This document shows positions 63,622 to 64,000 of a stretch of DNA of 64,000 nucleotides, in pieces. This stretch comes from a bacterium (GTDB lineage Bacteria > DRYD01): contig JBCNVB010000018.1 in assembly GCA_039630415.1 (NCBI GenBank), forward strand, positions 35,233-99,232. Reading direction: 5' to 3'. How positions within the stretch are numbered: the first letter of the stretch is position 1; the number at the start of each line of letters is the position of its first letter. The position numbers and the translations under genes are program-made. Under the pieces are notes generated by a model. The model did no database searches. It saw only the letters and a list, made by a program, of their open reading frames with translations, and was not told the DNA's origin.

Positions 63622-64000
63622 TCACGAAGCTTTTCCAAAATACGTAATTAACTTTATAATCTTCACTATACTCCATTAAGAATTGCTTTATTTTGTTAGG
63701 TAGCATTTCGTAAACTATTCTGCTATAGAAATTTATTCCCAATTTTTGTAAGATTTCCTGGTTTAGATACTTATAATAGAATTTTTTGAGATTTTGTACA
63801 GATTCTATTTTGTTCTGTATTCTCTTATCAGTAGGTAAGGGATGCAGATGAATAGTAATAGCCCTGGGGTTAAAGATTATAGGTATACCCAGTTTATTAA
63901 ACCTATATCCCAGTTCTAGATCTTCATATCCATAGCTAACAAAATTAGCATCAAACATTCCTGCCTTTATGAAGGTTTCCCTTTTACAAGATAAATTACC
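63599..64000 (-). CDS. glycosyltransferase family 2, partial (C-terminal part; N-terminus beyond the window end)
   Basis: The ORF is open to the edge. It reads ...ETFIKAGMFDANFVSYGYEDLELGYRF, which matches the GT2 ED.E....R acceptor-side motif. Confidence 0.55.
   Translation of the reverse strand, partial: GNLSCKRETFIKAGMFDANFVSYGYEDLELGYRFNKLGIPIIFNPRAITIHLHPLPTDKRIQNKIESVQNLKKFYYKYLNQEILQKLGINFYSRIVYEMLPNKIKQFLMEYSEDYKVNYVFWKSFVNEISKNN

Overview
This is a low-GC (about 30% G+C) bacterial chromosomal segment, probably from a Thermotogae-like thermophile/anaerobe, and it is densely coded, mostly on the minus strand. No rRNA, CRISPR array, transposase or integrase was seen.

Recognisable content, in order:
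- a partial sensor histidine kinase at the 5' edge;
- a sulfur-trafficking operon (rhodanese-MBL fusion, TusA, DsrE-like, YeiH-like exporter, CsoR/CstR-family repressor, two YeeE/YedE permeases, and a COG2403 P-loop NTPase);
- glyA, rph, clpC, nusA, a short rimP, and uvrC;
- a plus-strand block: rseP, tRNA-Leu(CAA), a bifunctional nuclease, MTA phosphorylase, a macro-domain protein, tRNA-Arg(CCT) and dnaA, with an AT-rich candidate oriC region next to dnaA;
- tRNA-Leu(TAG), a GH3 hydrolase, proline dehydrogenase, and an ABC-2 exporter;
- a lone F1-ATPase beta gene (atpD) fused in an operon with pheT;
- the rplA-rplK-nusG-secE-rpmG-tuf cluster;
- manC, an archease, and an amino-acid permease;
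- envelope genes (CPBP protease, GT9, a PHP/PolX-like protein, FtsW/RodA, prs, rocA, GT4, accA), tRNA-Val(GAC), and an MFS transporter.

The standout region is 50001..57551 on the plus strand, a tandem array of ten paralogous genes from two novel membrane-anchored families:
- 'A' proteins are about 245 aa and end in a conserved ...W.L..LGF tail.
- 'B' proteins are about 250 aa and start ME.EQT.F.
- Each A stop overlaps the following B start by 28 nt in a different frame.
- The array shows clear diversification and decay: a frameshifted A copy, a 17-nt tandem duplication, and a deleted B copy that leaves a 13-codon remnant.
- The array abuts a CorA Mg2+/Co2+ channel gene with a 1-bp gap (B'5 stop ends 57551, corA ATG at 57553).
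- A glycosylation/envelope cluster follows (ArnT-like GT, nucleotidyltransferase, murF-like, Wzy-like membrane protein, partial GT2).

I could not assign the A/B families to any family I recognise. This is the candidate novel system.
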